Source: Lytechinus pictus
Lineage: Eukaryota
Assembly: GCF_037042905.1 (NCBI RefSeq)
Contig: NC_087251.1
Location: 23,066,001-23,130,000, forward strand
DNA: 64,000 nucleotides
Direction of reading: 5' to 3'
The notes under the pieces were generated by a model. The model ran no database searches, had not been told where the DNA came from, and saw only the letters and a program-made list of their open reading frames with translations. The position numbers were made by a program, and so were the translations under genes. Shown in pieces: positions 48,422 through 63,036 of the stretch (positions within the stretch are counted from its first letter, which is position 1; each line of letters opens with the position of its first letter).

Positions 48422-49011
48422 AGGGATGGTCCAGGCTGGAAATATTTGTATATCAATAAATAGAGTAAAATTCACAGAGCAAAATGCTGAAAATGTGATC
48501 AAAATCGGGTAACAAATAACAAAGTTATTGAATTGTAAAGATTTGCATTATTCCGGTGAAACAGTTCTATGCATGTCTTTATGAATATTCATTATGTGGG
48601 TCGATGATTATATATCCCCACTTGTTCTCTTGTATTTTATTATATAAAATTAGGTTTATTCAAAAAATTTCTACCAAAAACTAAAACAATTGGATTTACA
48701 AGTGCCTTAGTTATTTATTGCCGCGACTTATTTCATCATGATGGAGACACATCATTTACACATGTATGAAAAAATGAAAGATTTATGATTTCATGTAATA
48801 ACATTAAGAAAAAGGAAAGTGGGGATGTGACATCATCAGCCCACCTAATGAATATTCATGACGATGTGCATATAACTTTTTCACAAAATATTGATATAAC
48901 TTTGTTATTTGTTATCCGATTTTTATGAAATTTTCAGCATTTTGCTCTGTGAATTTTATTCTACATGTATTTATTTAGATATTTTAAATATTTTCAGCCC
49001 GGACCATCCCT
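48422..49011. mobile_element. Kolobok-like MITE
   Basis: TTAA|AGGGATGGTCCAGGCTG ... CAGCCCGGACCATCCCT|TTAA with long imperfect TIRs. Confidence 0.8.
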
Positions 49012-49127
49012 TTAATTTCACTTTGAAATTCTAATCCACGTATATGGGCGAAGCTTTCACCTTTCAGAGATTTGCCTGATCATCAGTTTACGATCACTAA
49101 CTGTATTGTCCTCTTCTTGTTTATCAG

Positions 49128-51569
49128 TCTGGATCCAAGACACCCGTTGCTGTTGTTAAGGCGCAACCAAAAGACAAGAATGTCGAGAAAGCAACTAAAT
49201 ATGTGTCGAACTTTCACGAGGCCTTTCAAGATCAACCGGATGTTCGGATACAGTTTGTTGATTCGATTAGTAAAGGGAGACATGGCAGGTAAGATAGTAT
49301 AGGATTACGACAATCAGAGTTACTTTTATTATCAATGAATTATTGGTACCAATTAATTAGAATTTCATACACTTGTATTGTATGACTAAGGTGACTATAT
49401 AGGTCCCTCTCCTGGACCCTCCCCGCTCGCCCCACCCCCATAAAAATAATTATAATAAGGGGAGGTGAAAATAGAGATGGACAGTAAAGCCATTATCAAA
49501 ATGATAAAAATGGAGTGGAAGACGATGAAATGAAGTAGAATAACGAGATAATTGAATAAAGGAGGAGAAGAAGAAAGAAAAGGAGGAGAAGCAGAAGAGG
49601 AAAAGGAAGCGGTTAAACGTATCTGGGGGTGAAGCGGTCGTGCCCCCCCCCCCCCCCACGGACAAGTTTGCGGCGCAAAAAGAATACAAGAAGTAAAGGG
49701 AAGGAAGGATAAAGAAAAGAGGAGGGAATATATACCCATCCCCTCCATTGTTACAAAAAGTACAGAATGTCCCGTTTATAGGTCTAATTATAATCAAAAT
49801 TGTAATCTTGCAATTCATGCTTGCATCAAATTGTTTAGTTGATACCTGTCTTCATGGTTACAAAAAGTGATAAGAATGTCAAGTTCTAAGGAATGTGAAA
49901 AAAAATCACACTCACATTACTTGAATGGCGAGCTTAATATGTACCCTCTTCATGAGTCTATGCAAACAGTCCATAACGGGTCTATGTAATTCAGTTAAAA
50001 AAATTAACTCACGCTTCCCGCTCGCATTAATTGTTTGGTTATATAGGCCTATACGTATCTTATTCACGATTACAATAACTCCTCAGAATGTTCCATTTTC
50101 AGTTCTGAATCCGTGAAATATATAACAAAAAATCGAAAAAATACTGGAAAAAAATATTAAAGAGAAAGCTTTCTCATCTATTCATACTTTGTGAGATACC
50201 TTTTCTTGTCTGTAATAAAGATGGACTTAAAACTTCATTTTTTAGTTAGAACTGCCCCCTTACTCAGCTTTAATATGCCGATAATGTGTATAAAAATATA
50301 TTTTCGCCCCACCTACCCCTATTGGCGAAAACTAGAGGGCCTAGCCGCCCCTGAAACGTATTTATAAAATTCGGTTTATATGATTAGTGTAAAATGGTGT
50401 ATATTTAGTCACCTCACGTCACATATAATATAAAGTTAACATTATTTCTTCGTTAGGCATACTGACCGATTAAAATAATTGTCATATTAAATCAGTATAT
50501 CTTTGTGGTCATGTTACATTATTATTTTGGAAGGCCATTGTTGTACTACATTAAGGTCATAACCTGAAGCCATCGATTGACCGAGTAAATCGAAACGAAA
50601 CGAAACTGGCGACTAGTAACCTAACAATAATTTTTCAGAATACTTTCAAAATATCTTGCATTCTCTTGCTTCCTCTGAGGGTGTGGTTAAATATCTATGA
50701 TGAGAAGAAAAAGACTGGTGTCTGACCCTTGTTTCATCACCTCTCCCTCCTAGCATCAGTGTACCGGAGATGATGCTATCAGTCACCGGTCTTCTATTGG
50801 GTCAAAGAGAGCTGTTGTGTAGTCTCACTGGATTTCTTCCTCCCGGTCATACGATCGGCATCATGAGCAATGACCCTACACAGGTCATCGTACGCATACC
50901 AGGTCAAAGGTCAGCTTTAAACAGAGACGAGTTGACGCAGTTTGTGGACTCGATCAGGGTAAGTCTGAAAAATATTCTTGTGCTTTCTCATTTAGATAAA
51001 GAATGTGTTAATATTGAATATTGATTTTGACTCATTAAGCGGAAATAACCTACAAAGTTTCCAATTCTCAACATCTCTGGGTTCTTGTTCTTTTCAAAAG
51101 CCAAAGCTAAGGCATTTGTATGATTATCTTCAAAGTTGACACTTTTAAAATGGATAGAACCTATATGTAATTGTTCCAAAATGGATTATTTTATCTTAGA
51201 GAAATTATATCATTGTTGTTACTGGGTTTTAAAAATATCTTATAATTTAACTTTGTAAAAGTATATTGCTAGCTCTTGTTAATACTATAACAGGAAGTGT
51301 TCTTCTTTTGATAGTAATTGTGAAACAAATATGCGCATTTTGCCACAAATATTACTGTTTCTTAAGAACTATGTCCAGATAACACTTTTAATCAATTCAT
51401 TGTCACATATTTATTCAACCCATTTTAAACAACTCAACACAATCTCATCATTTTTCAGAGTAACTCAGCATCTGCTGTTCCAGACGATCAGAGGGCGCCC
51501 CCAGACATTACGTCAGGGTTGAGTGAACTTATAGCCCAGTTTGACAAACTCTCAACGACACAGTCATAG
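49128..51569 (+). CDS. Three exons (49128-49288, 50754-50958, 51459-51569) encoding a Sin3-PAH1-like paired amphipathic helix domain; 5' end not found
   Basis: Phases 0-2, 2-0, 0-stop with canonical splice sites and a CACTAAC branch point. The spliced peptide NVEKATKYVSNFHEAFQDQPDVRIQFVDSISKGRHGSISVPEMMLSVTGLLLGQRELLCSLTGFLPPGHTIGIMSND aligns by eye to Sin3 PAH1 as recalled (VEDALSYL...F..QP.VY..F......SI..P.V...V..LF.G...L...F..FLPPGY.I). Confidence 0.72.
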
Positions 51570-54500
51570 GTGTTTGCTTCTAGGGGCAATGCAGTCTTTT
51601 CAATTTGATAGTTGTAGTAGTGAGCATTGTGTAAATAATGTTACAACGTTCGAAAGATAATGTGCTTGTAATTGAAAACATTTTGATATCAGTAAATGCT
51701 ATCTGATGTCAAGTGAGAGTCAGTAAAGCAGATCCAGTGCTGGTTGTATTCTCAAATATGGTGTTCATGTGCTTTTAATATTTACTTTGATTAATAGTGA
51801 ATGTCCAAGAGTGATGTCATATGCCTCTCGCGTGATTCCATAAATGCGTTAACTTAAGTTTAACACAAATTGTCTCATCTGAGATAGTGTGATAACCTGA
51901 TTAGTTGCACCAAGATAGATGACATTTTGTTGTCTCTCTTGTCTCTAATTTTGTTCATGATGTATGAACATTAAAAGGTAGATTGTGCACTTATTTTATC
52001 CAATATCCGGAAAATACTCATTGCATACGTAGACCAAGATGAACTTTAGCAATATATAATGATCATAATTAACTTCACAATTGTATGTGATAGGTTGTGA
52101 CGATATTGAACCACTCCGAACTTTTTATGACCTTCGCCAAGTTAATTCGGGCCCGATCTTGGCACCTTCATACTTTCTATAAAAGTATGACGTAAATGAG
52201 GAACTAGGCCTTAGTCATTATTGAAAGTACTTAGAATACCATGTCATTTTCCGTAGTAAGTTTCTTTTTACTTCTTGTATATTGTTTTTCATGTCCTTAA
52301 TGATAAAGTCATTTTCGTACGATTTGGGGAATATCGCAGATGGCGATAACCAGGCGTGGTGATAGCGACAGTTTACGACGTATGTGATTACGTTATTTTC
52401 GAACTTTAAGCGATATCTTTTTTAAACCCGAGGGGTTTGTCGTAAAGAGGCTGTTAAGAGGTCGTACGGAAACCGATCAATATTTCCATTCGGCCCCACG
52501 GCCTCCCTGCATAAATCGTACAGCAACGTACAGAGATCGTATTAAGTATAAGTGGCCGTAAAGAAATCGTACAACGAGTTATAGCGATACCCATACGATT
52601 TGTGTAACCAGCATGCCCAATTTTCTGTTTACTCACTACTCCCTTATTCTATTATTGCGTATTTGATAGGCCTTTGTGATTAATATAGTACAAACTCCTG
52701 GAGTTTTCACTGTAAAACAATTACTATAACATTTCCATTCATCCCTTTCCGTTGGCTGATATTTATTTCACTATTTGCTTATGGTAGCTGGCCCTTGTAT
52801 TTATATTAGCTTTACAATACATATCAATCATTATTGTTTTAAATTTGTTTTCTGAATCATCAGTAAAAGCAGACAGTCCTGCACAAATGTCTAACCAAAG
52901 TCTGCGATCAATGTACGATATGGTACGATTAACGCGTAGAAGCTGAGGAGACCGCAAGGCAATTGCGAAAGGCCCATACGATGTCCAAAGGTCCCCGTAC
53001 GACCAACCCCTTACGGTTCGGAAAAGAAACAGCACGATGCATTTCGATATTATAAATACATGCGTCGCAAACTGTAGCAATTAATGAGAATTCGTAGATA
53101 AAGTTATCATAATTATAGCGTCCTTGAGTAAGTGTAGCTGTGGATTGCGGTCTTAGTATTCAATGGGGAAAGATCATGAAAACGTAGGGTAAATACCCCC
53201 TACGAATCATTTTCTATCAAGATGTTAATCGACCTTTCATAAAGGGTGAGTTAATCTTCAAACATCTGCAAAAGAGGTGCTATGTATTTAATTACTTAAT
53301 TTGTCCATCAAATTGAAGAAAAAAATAATAATTCAACCAACAGATGTGTAATTATGAAATAATATTAATTATTCCCGTCCCTCCCCGACTGACCAATCAA
53401 TTACTGTAGAAATGCCAATAATACTCAAATCCCTTGTTTCATTTCTCGTTCTGTTCTTTTAAACATATTATTCACACTGTACAACATACTTTTCGAAGTA
53501 ACTTCATTCAAAGTGTATAAATACCAATGTCTCTATTAATATCCAGGCTGATGAGGCGTGAGCACATTGAAGCATGTTCCCTTTATCAAAATGTTCAATA
53601 TTTTATTTATTATTGTTTGTCTTCATTAAAAAAAAGAAAATTAAAGGCACTTCAGATGTATTTTGCGATTTTTGTATACATTACATGCAGATCAATCAAG
53701 ATCATTGTATTCGCTTCACCATTCTTGTTTCAAAAATTTCTATGACAAATTTAATATCAGCCAATCTGGATGGTATAGCATCTTCTGGCTTCTAGCTGTA
53801 AACGTAAATTATGTTATTGCTACAATTTGTTATGGTACCTGTCACGGAATACTGGATCAGGAGCAAAACTCAAAAGTATTTGGATAATCTTGCACAGGAA
53901 TGGGGGTGTATAGATTCAGATATACATGGCGTGTATGCAAACAATAAGTTTACACGGTGATTCATGAAAATTGATTAATGTATGGCGAGTTTGGAGAACT
54001 AAACCAAACTAGCTCAGGAAACTAACAACCCGTAACTATTGACTTTAAACCAGATTAATTGTTAGATACACATGTACGTCACACATCACATAAATGAGAC
54101 AGCCGCTATGACTGACATTCTTCAATAGTTTCTGAAAACTTTTTCTTACGGAACAGCATTATAATAATGTTTTACCCTGCATGATAGAGTCTTTCAAAAA
54201 ATAAGACCCCTTTGTTCAGCAGAGCGTGACAAACGTGAAAATCAAATTGCATTAGCCTCGCAGGTGGAAATGATTTTAATCATACCTCCTCCCCACCATC
54301 ATGTTCTTCTTAAACTTTAGAATCAGTGCTGAATAGCTCCCATCTTCCCCGACTCTTTTACCTCATTCCCATAAATGACTATTTCACGATATTTGTCTTT
54401 TTATTCAATAAAGCAATGGTGTCTGATAAATAAATAAAAAAAACTTTAGACAATGGTAATAATACGTGGATGAGCTGTTTGGACCCTTATTTATGTAAAG

Positions 54501-57325
54501 CCTAGTAGCCTCTTCAGCCCCCTTCCAAGCCATGTTGATTATTATTTGCAATTTTACATAAATCACTTCACATTGGAACATTCGCGCGGGAAGCCCGGGG
54601 GAAAGTATCTCCAAGGATATTTTGTAATTAGTGTATTCCGTACTCAAGGATCATACATAATTATTATTTTTTTGCAGTCAGAAGGTACAGGAAATTGGAA
54701 AATGTATGCAATAAAGGGAATACCAGACAAAATGAGATCTCAGAATATTGAATTTATTTGATGGATTTCCAGGTTGTATTGTTTCCACATCAAGCTTGCC
54801 AAGTTTGAAGGCAAGGGACCCTTTTTTCCCTACCCTTCGATTTTTATGATACAAAAAACATACAGGGATGTATACATTTACCCGCATCACCCCAAGCTAT
54901 ATTAAATTGGCTCTTGATGTCACCTTTAGAAACGAATAATGGTTATATTAAATGTCAGAAAGAAAATAATAATACTACCTGCGAGGTAGAATCCGGAATG
55001 CGTTGCATCATCGTTGTTTTCATCTGTTAATGTGCACATCATGTTTGTGCAAGGCCGCCTGTGTTTTCATTAGATATCATATTTGGTTTGATGAGAACGA
55101 GCAAAACGAATGACGAAATCATCTTTCATGTCGATAATATATATATATATATTCCTATAAACCATACTGCATTTTTAGGGAAGGAAAATAGACCCTTTGT
55201 CTTGGAAGCTTTATCATTTGCCTTTGCAAACGAGGCATGCGACCGACTGGGAAAAATAAAGCGTACATCCCTCACCAAATAACAGGATAAACTTTTATGA
55301 CATACACCTGCCCATAAAAACATGAAGGATATTTGAACATGTCGTCAAAATTGTATATTCGGATATCGCACAGCTTTTCAAAATATTTCTTGATTTTATG
55401 AACCGGTGCAGCAATCGATTTAGGATGGTTATTTGGGGACGGATACTAATGCCATCATCCTGTTCATGGGTTTGTCCGGTCTAATATATGGGCGGTGCCA
55501 CGGGGGGGGGGGGCGGGCAGGGGCGACCGCCCCTACCATTTTTCAAGTAGTAAATTGCAAAAAAACGGAAAAAAGGAAGGGTGAAAAGGAAAAAAAAGGT
55601 TATTAATATAAAGAATTTATGGGTTGTATAAATCTATTATACAACTACTGTATCATTCAAATGAGAAAAAAAATGACATCACATTTGCCCCCTATCAAAA
55701 GACCAGTGCGCCGCCCCTATTATGTCTAGGAATATGCCTATGCTAGTGCTAATTAACAGATTCTTGTTTCCTGAAAATCCATCTGCCTAAGTTATCAAAA
55801 TTCGAAGAAAATACTAATATCTTGATCAACAATATAACACAAAAATCATTAGTTTCAAGACTAAAACAATGAATGATGATTGTTTAAGATGAAAATAAAA
55901 CTGAATGTATGAGAGCGAAGTGTGCTAAAGGGCTTTACCTGATTTTTTATTATATTCTCTTCTTCTCCCCCCCCCCCCTCTCTCTCTCTCTATCTCTCTT
56001 ATTACCTCTGTTGCTTTTTCCATTCAATTTGTTTTCAATTCCACTTCTATCAAGCTCTGTTTTCCCCTTTTCTTGACCAATGGCCGTTGCACTCTTACCG
56101 ATAGGAACAGTATGGGTTGGGAAATATTTCGTGAATATTACAACATCAAGTAAATTATAAATATCAAACAATTTTTTGAAAAGTTTTTAATGCAAAAATG
56201 AAATTGTACTTCATAAAAGCATAAGTTATTTCTGAAAGTAAGTGTAGCCTGAGCTTCATCAGGTCTGTCCTCTTGGCATGATTGATATACGGTCTCATTA
56301 GTGAACTTCTGTATATAGATCGCAGATTGCCCTTCATTTAGTAGTAAAAAAACCCAACTCATTCTTGTCACTTGAGTAGAACCAGCATTGTCTACCGAAA
56401 CATAAAATCCGGTAAGCTTGTTTGACGTAATGGTTGCTATGGTTTTCTGAAGTACAAGATACAAAGGGGATATAAAAAAACGAGGGTTAGGTCGCATGCA
56501 GCGCAAAGTGATAAACCAAACATGAACAATGAACTCGGCTCTATTTATATGCAAATTCCAAATTGATCATCATAGATATCGATCTACCATCAAGGTCATA
56601 GTGTCATGGGATTCTTGACAAGTTAACTTTTTTTGCCAACTGCCTTACAACCCTCAAATATATATTGTCATTACCGTGACCTCAATACGCCCATCCATGT
56701 CTCGTGCATTAATCCTTGATCCTCAGTTTGTCAGAAGAGATCCGTTGGTGCAAGCAAAAAGATAGTTTGTGCAAATCCATGAAAAAAAAATATATGTAAT
56801 AATTGTGATAGAATTCCAATACAAAATAGTTAAGATCCGGCCCCCCAAAAAAAAAAAAATAACTAAAAATAAAAATAAAAAATGAATAAATAAATGTGTA
56901 CATTTTGTTTGTTTTTTCGGAGGGTTTATGGAAATTTAAAGAAAATAGGAAAGTATTGAAAATACACAAATGGTTTTTCAAGTTTAACCGGATCTTAGAA
57001 ATTTAACAGTCTAATTCCTTTATAATATGACAATTTTCAGTCTGTATTCAATGTTTATTTGAATGAATTCATACATTGTCCTTTGTTCTCCAATTCCATT
57101 TTATGTTTATTTTTTATCGATAAGCTGCCTTCTTCATTGTTAAACATTGCTGACAGATCCGTTGCTCTTGATTATTTCCCTCTCTTTTTTTATTTTACTT
57201 GTGTTTTTTCCAATATATCTTTCGTCGTTATCAATAATTTCCTTTACGCCATATCTTTCATCACCAATTGCATCATAATTATCTGCATTTTTACCATTAT
57301 TATGTGTGCAGTTATACATACAAAT

Positions 57326-57568
57326 CGGTGGTGTAATGAGCCAAAGTTTTTGAGGAGGCTCGATATGGCGTATTACGTAAAATTAATTTTAAATAAATGT
57401 CAACATTTTTATTACAAAAATCAAAGTTTATGATAAATTGACATGATATTCGTATCATATTTCACCCTCATTCTTTTCATTTTCTCTTTTCTTTCTTGGT
57501 CGTAAAAAATGTTAGGGGGCAAGAGCCCCCCCCCCCCCCCCCCCCCCCCCCCCATATGTACGCCAGTG
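57326..57568. mobile_element. hAT-like MITE with 8-bp TSD
   Basis: ATACAAAT|CGGTGGTGTA ... TACGCCAGTG|ATACAAAT. Confidence 0.7.
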
Positions 57569-60500
57569 ATACAAATGTCATGACCAAAATGCGAAACCCA
57601 TCAGCCATATTTAGATTCTGTACATTGTTACCGGATTGAGGATGATAATCAATTTCGCATGCAGAAAAAAAACCATCTTCTGACCGAGGATATATGGATT
57701 ATGCAAATATTGACGTATTTCCATTCTATACTCGACTTGACCTACTTTAAATGCGATAATTATCATGAAGATTTCATTATAATGTTAATCGCGAATATAT
57801 GAGTAGGCATGAAGGTTTATTAATGGCAAATTAGCGTATGCAATGAATGGAGTTCTATGAAATTTGGTAGCTGAAAAACAGCTGATTTCGTCTTAATGAT
57901 AGTAAGTGATTAAGCATATAATCCGTAAAAATGATGTATTTATCATCCAACTGTTTGAAAATGTTATCATACTTGTATGTCAAGGTTAGTGTGCTCCCTG
58001 TTTCCCCTGTGTATATACTAGTATCATGATTCGCTCAAAGGAGAATAACGGAAGATCAGTTCAATCGACTTTCATACACATTACTTTACAAATGTCTATA
58101 CATGTTTTGTTTTTATTTCTATGAATTTTGATAAATTAATTTGTTACATTCTGCACTAAAATAGTGTAAAAATTATGCCCTTTACTTCTCATTGTATAAA
58201 TGTGACTGTGATGATGGGTTCATGACATATCGATTCAAGCCTCATTATCCATTCATACCAAGTAAGTGAACCATTATTATCTGCATAAAATTTAACTTGG
58301 AAGCATGCATAGTTACATTCGACCAAAATAATGATAATAATAAAACATATTTTGTTGTCTATACTCAAGTCATTCCTGGATGGGTACTTAACATTCATGG
58401 TCGGATTCATCCTATTTACAAGATCATTTTGAATAAAAAGAAAAACAAAACATGAAACAAGTATAACGCTTAAATATCATCAACGTTATGATATTTTAAG
58501 TTTTGTTTAATATCAGAGAGAAGTTATATTTACGTGGGTGGTAAGCTATAGCGTATGAAGAGGTCTGTGATATCACTCACTGTTCTTTCTTTTACTGCTG
58601 GACCACAGGACCATGCAGTGTTAGGAATGCTTCATGAAATATGATATTTCAACTCTTTTGAACTCGTGCAAGAAAAACTGGTTTCATTGACGTAAAATAG
58701 CTATTAGTTTTATAGTAATTTAGTATGATTTAGTATAAAACTTCTTTAATAGCAAACTCAACATAATTTAAACATTTGATATGGCAGAAAAGGGAAACAG
58801 TGTATGCATGGCCCACCCTCTTATTTGCATGCCCTCGGTGCTATGCTTACATCTGTACAACCTGTTTTTTTTTTTTAATTAACCAAAACCTTCAAATGTC
58901 ATATCTTAATGCATTTTACCTCCGATTTTGATGAAATTTTACAGGTTGTGCTCGTTTTAGTTTTTCTTTTTATTCACATTTACATGATGTTGAGTGGAAT
59001 TGACCTTAGGCATGTTATAATTATAGGACAGAAAAAAAAACCCATCTCGATTCGGTTTCAATTCCATATGCGGATATGCCCTCATAATAGTACCAGTGAC
59101 GAAATAGTAATTCGAGAAGAGAGAAGTTAGGGAATATATTCGATTGAAGCATGAAAGGAGAGATAGAGAGTGTGTGTGTGTGTATGTGTGAGAGAGAGAG
59201 GGGGGAGGGAGGGAGGGTAGAGAGCTTGAGGAGGGGGGTGGAGAGTGTAAGAGAGAGAAGGATCACTGTCAACAGTAATGACAATCCGAGACATGAATGA
59301 AGAAAGCATACAGGGATTTGTTGGCCAAGATGGCGTCCTTTAATACGAGTACACGCGAGCCAACTCAGCCTTCTTATTATAGTGGCACTTTGCCAGTACT
59401 GTCTTAAACTTATCTCTCAGTCTCATTCTTCTTCATTCATCTGTAGTTTACTTATCATTCAAACCGGATTAATCAATTACCTCCTTGTTGACAATGAAAG
59501 TAAATACGTACAGTCAGGAAAAAGGAGTAACAAATTACGAGCCTATATAAGCATAAGTGGAAAGGTAATGTTTATGTTGACGATGATCACATTATGAGAA
59601 AATGCATGATGTGAACAGTAAATAATTTCAAAATGTCATTTAAAAATTTTGAATGATATATAGGGAGCATGATATCTATACTAAATGAGAGAGGAGAAAA
59701 TATCGTAAACTAATTTGATGAAAGGGTCTTCATGTTCTTCAGTTTTGGAAAATCCACCATACGTAGTATTAGTCTTTAATCCTTATTCAAGCTAATCATA
59801 TTATTTTCTAATTGTATACAGTATGTCACGAAGTTATTGTGGAGGTGATATGAAATAAAACTCGTTATGTTGAGAGTATTTTCGATCTTACATGGACATT
59901 TATTTTAGTAGTGATCCCGACCAAAATAAAAAAGGAAATAACTGCGCATATTTTTTTTTTCATTTTGGTATTAAACAAATTCTGAAGCATAGAATGGTCT
60001 GAAAATATCGGGACATATTTTTTTTTGTAGCTTTCTGATATGTAATCACAAAATTTATAAGATAATAATTGTTTCAAAGTGTATTTAAAAACACATCACC
60101 GGGAAAGTACGATAATATTCTTTAAGTGTAATTCACGCCCTTTACAAGGAATTAACGATTATGAAAAATATTAAACGGTTTATCAGATCGGAATATAACA
60201 CGTTACTCTACACTCATGAACTTTTTACCTATGCTTTCAGAATGGATTTAATTGGTAAAATTAATACGCATAATATAGCCATTCTGCATAAGATATTACA
60301 ATCAAACGCAGCGAGTGAAGACAGAAAATCGTTTTTAACAGTAGACGTTTTCATTCATCGCTGTTCATCGTTTGAAATATGTTGTGATTATGCATATCGG
60401 TCATTCAAACATCTATAAATCATTTAGAAACATGTTTAATCTGAGACATATAGTTAAAGATTTTTTTACTCTCATAAAACTTGCTGTCTTTACCAACTGC

Positions 60501-61487
60501 ATTGTCATGTTTTGGCGCCTCGCTTATAATTAGATTCTTTATAATCCCCCCCTCTTTCTTTAATCTTGCCTTGCGTTACACACTTGTCAATAATTTTGTT
60601 GAATGTGTTTTTATTGAATTTTAATTACATTTAATTGTATATACCGGAATGTGCAATACTTTCTCAATGTTTTTTTCTGTGAGGGCTCGCATGCCTCTGG
60701 GCAATAGTAATGATTTTTTTTTCTTTTGCGAGCCCTGGCCCATGGAAAAAAACATTTTCTTACTCTCTTCTTCTTTTCTTTCACTTGTACTTATTTATAT
60801 TTAATTATTAAATTCCTTTACATTGTACAATTTTTGTATGTTTTTATGGCCAAATAAATAATAATAATTAAATAATTACAGTAATAATTTGCTGATTTTC
60901 CAAAATAGCATCCATCTCATACGATCGAGCGCAGCGAGCGAGCTGAATAATTTGTGGTAGATTGGTGTAGTGAACCAAAGAAATATAAATACATTTTCGA
61001 CTACATACTAGATTTGCTGAATATCTTGTCGGCAGGACAGCGTTTTATACATGGGTGCAAATAAAAAGTGAATGCAATCGCGGTAGTTATGTTTTTCAAT
61101 TAATGTTTGATTGAGGAAAATCAAATTTTGTGAAAAATAATCACGCATTTTTAAATACGTCAATTAAGTTTCTTTTTCTTTCACTTACATCCCCCCCCCC
61201 CCACTCCCATCATGCCCATCAGCCGATGCAAGTCAATAGTGTTGTTTGAAATCGAATCCCGGGATAAATATCTTTGGTTTAAAAAAAAAAAATCCGTATG
61301 AAGGCTACTGTAACGATTCAACAGGAAACCAAGAAAGTTCACCTAATCGGTATATTCAGAAGTAAAAACATCCCATATCCCAGGGTCGCATCCGGAATGG
61401 ATATGTACCTCGTTATAATCGAGGTCCATTTAGCGTGACAAAAGCACAATCAATTTTTAACGCTACAGAAATTGGCTGTGCTGGTTT

Positions 61488-62019
61488 CCCGGGGGGGGCA
61501 CTCGACCAAAAAAGTGGTAGGGGTGTGCCGCGGGCGAGACGAAAAACGGGGGCCTTGGAGCGGGCTTATTGTAAAAAGGAGGGTCCTCGGAACGGGTTTC
61601 GGAACTACAATTTTGTGAAAACGGGGGTCCTTGGAACGGATCGCCAGCGTGCGAGTACGTGCGTATGTACCCCTATGGAACGGGCATGCGTGCATGATGC
61701 AGCTATACGCGGCCTCCGCTGGGTGCGCTAGCGCAGAGACGATGGTCGGACAGCGCTCGGCGGCCGCTTTTCACCAAAATTGCAGCAGATCAATGCGACC
61801 GGAACGGCGTAACGAAAAATATGCGAAGCTTTGGAGCGGATTTCTTTCTTTTTTTTTCTCGATAAGAACAAAGTGCTATGCCTTGGAGCGGCTTTCTTTG
61901 TTTTTTGTCTCGATAAGACAAAAATGCTATGCCTCGGAACGAAAATTTGAGTGTGAAAATGGGGGTCCCCTCCGCGGCACATACCCACTATGCATTATAT
62001 ACTGAGTGCCCCCCCCGGG
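61488..62019. mobile_element. MITE with perfect 8-bp TSD
   Basis: GCTGGTTT|CCCGGGGGGGGCACTC ... GAGTGCCCCCCCCGGG|GCTGGTTT. Confidence 0.88.
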
Positions 62020-62227
62020 GCTGGTTTCAGCTTTCCTCACAAACCTAGTCTGTGACTGTTCATTCTGAAACATGGCGAATGATCAAAGTATAATTTTTTT
62101 TCTGCAAGCTTTATCATAAATATACCTGGATATCCGACGTTAGTATGTGATACGAACGCGACACCGAAGTGTGTTCTTTGTGGTGTCTGTAACGTCTGCT
62201 CTGACAGTGTCACATGCCTGCCCACAT

Positions 62228-62304
62228 TGACGTCATCTGGGGGTTCTCCGGTAACCCATGGCAACGTAGTCAGCTCACTCATTGGACTGTTGTGCGATTA
62301 TTGG
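62228..62304 (+). promoter_or_regulatory. Promoter motif cluster: CRE, RFX X-box-like site, two inverted CCAAT boxes
   Basis: TGACGTCA 62228-62235; GTAACCCATGGCAAC 62251-62265; ATTGG at 62281 and 62300; CpG-enriched context upstream of a candidate first coding exon. Confidence 0.55.
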
Positions 62305-62912
62305 TGGGGAACGACCGAGAGCGTGACAGCAATGTTTTTCTCCCTCTCTGCCTCTCTTTCTCTTTCTCACTCTCTTACTCAGTGGCTTGTATTGTTATGC
62401 CGCTTCTTCATTTTGTTACGAGTCGCTCGTGTTAACTCTGATTCAGTTTCTGTAAAAATAAAAAGTTGTGCGTTGACTGCAGAAGGCTTGAGCTAGGAGC
62501 AGTGCATAAGAAACACGGCAACATTTGATGCATGTTCATTTGAGATGCTTGCTACCTCTTCAACTACGCGCTTCACATTCTTAGGAGCTACCGTCAAGTA
62601 ACTTGACGATTTGCCGCTGGGGGATCCCTACAACACACAAAAGCAGACGTCATTTTTATTTATTGATCAAAATCTGCGGGTGTTTTGTGGTGTCTTTTCA
62701 ACGTACTATTGGATATTTCCCCTGCATTTCACCACAGACCCACTTTTTTTTGTGATTGCGCTCAGTTTTCGAGTGGTGTTAAACTCAATTAACGAGCTGA
62801 CAGCATTCCACCAGGTCTCATTGAGCGTGCATGTCTGACTGGAACATTGCTGTAAGCCACGGCTGCAGTGTTACTCTTCGTTGCAGCACCTTGACTTCTC
62901 ATTTTCAAAGTG

Positions 62913-63036
62913 ATGGGGATGGCACTACGATATAGGAGGACCAGGAGCCTCTATCTCTGGAGAAAAATCCTTTTTGTAGCCCTCATCTTTGTTCTCTCCA
63001 CTGCATTGACACACGTAGCAAGGCATCATAACTCAG
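62913..63036 (+). CDS. Probable first coding exon of a secretory or membrane protein (MGMALRYRRTRSLYLWRKILFVALIFVLSTALTHVARHHNS)
   Basis: Basic N-region followed by a hydrophobic stretch (signal peptide or signal anchor); CAG|GTAATA donor, phase 1. Confidence 0.55.

Noticed and set aside
56138..56554. 138-aa minus-strand ORF with a plausible acceptor near 56448
   Set aside because: No recognisable domain and no consistent exon chain; may be non-coding or decayed.
58189..58280. Minus-strand segment DNNGSLTWYEW resembling an EF-hand loop
   Set aside because: Isolated, stops shortly after, and I could not find compatible partner exons.
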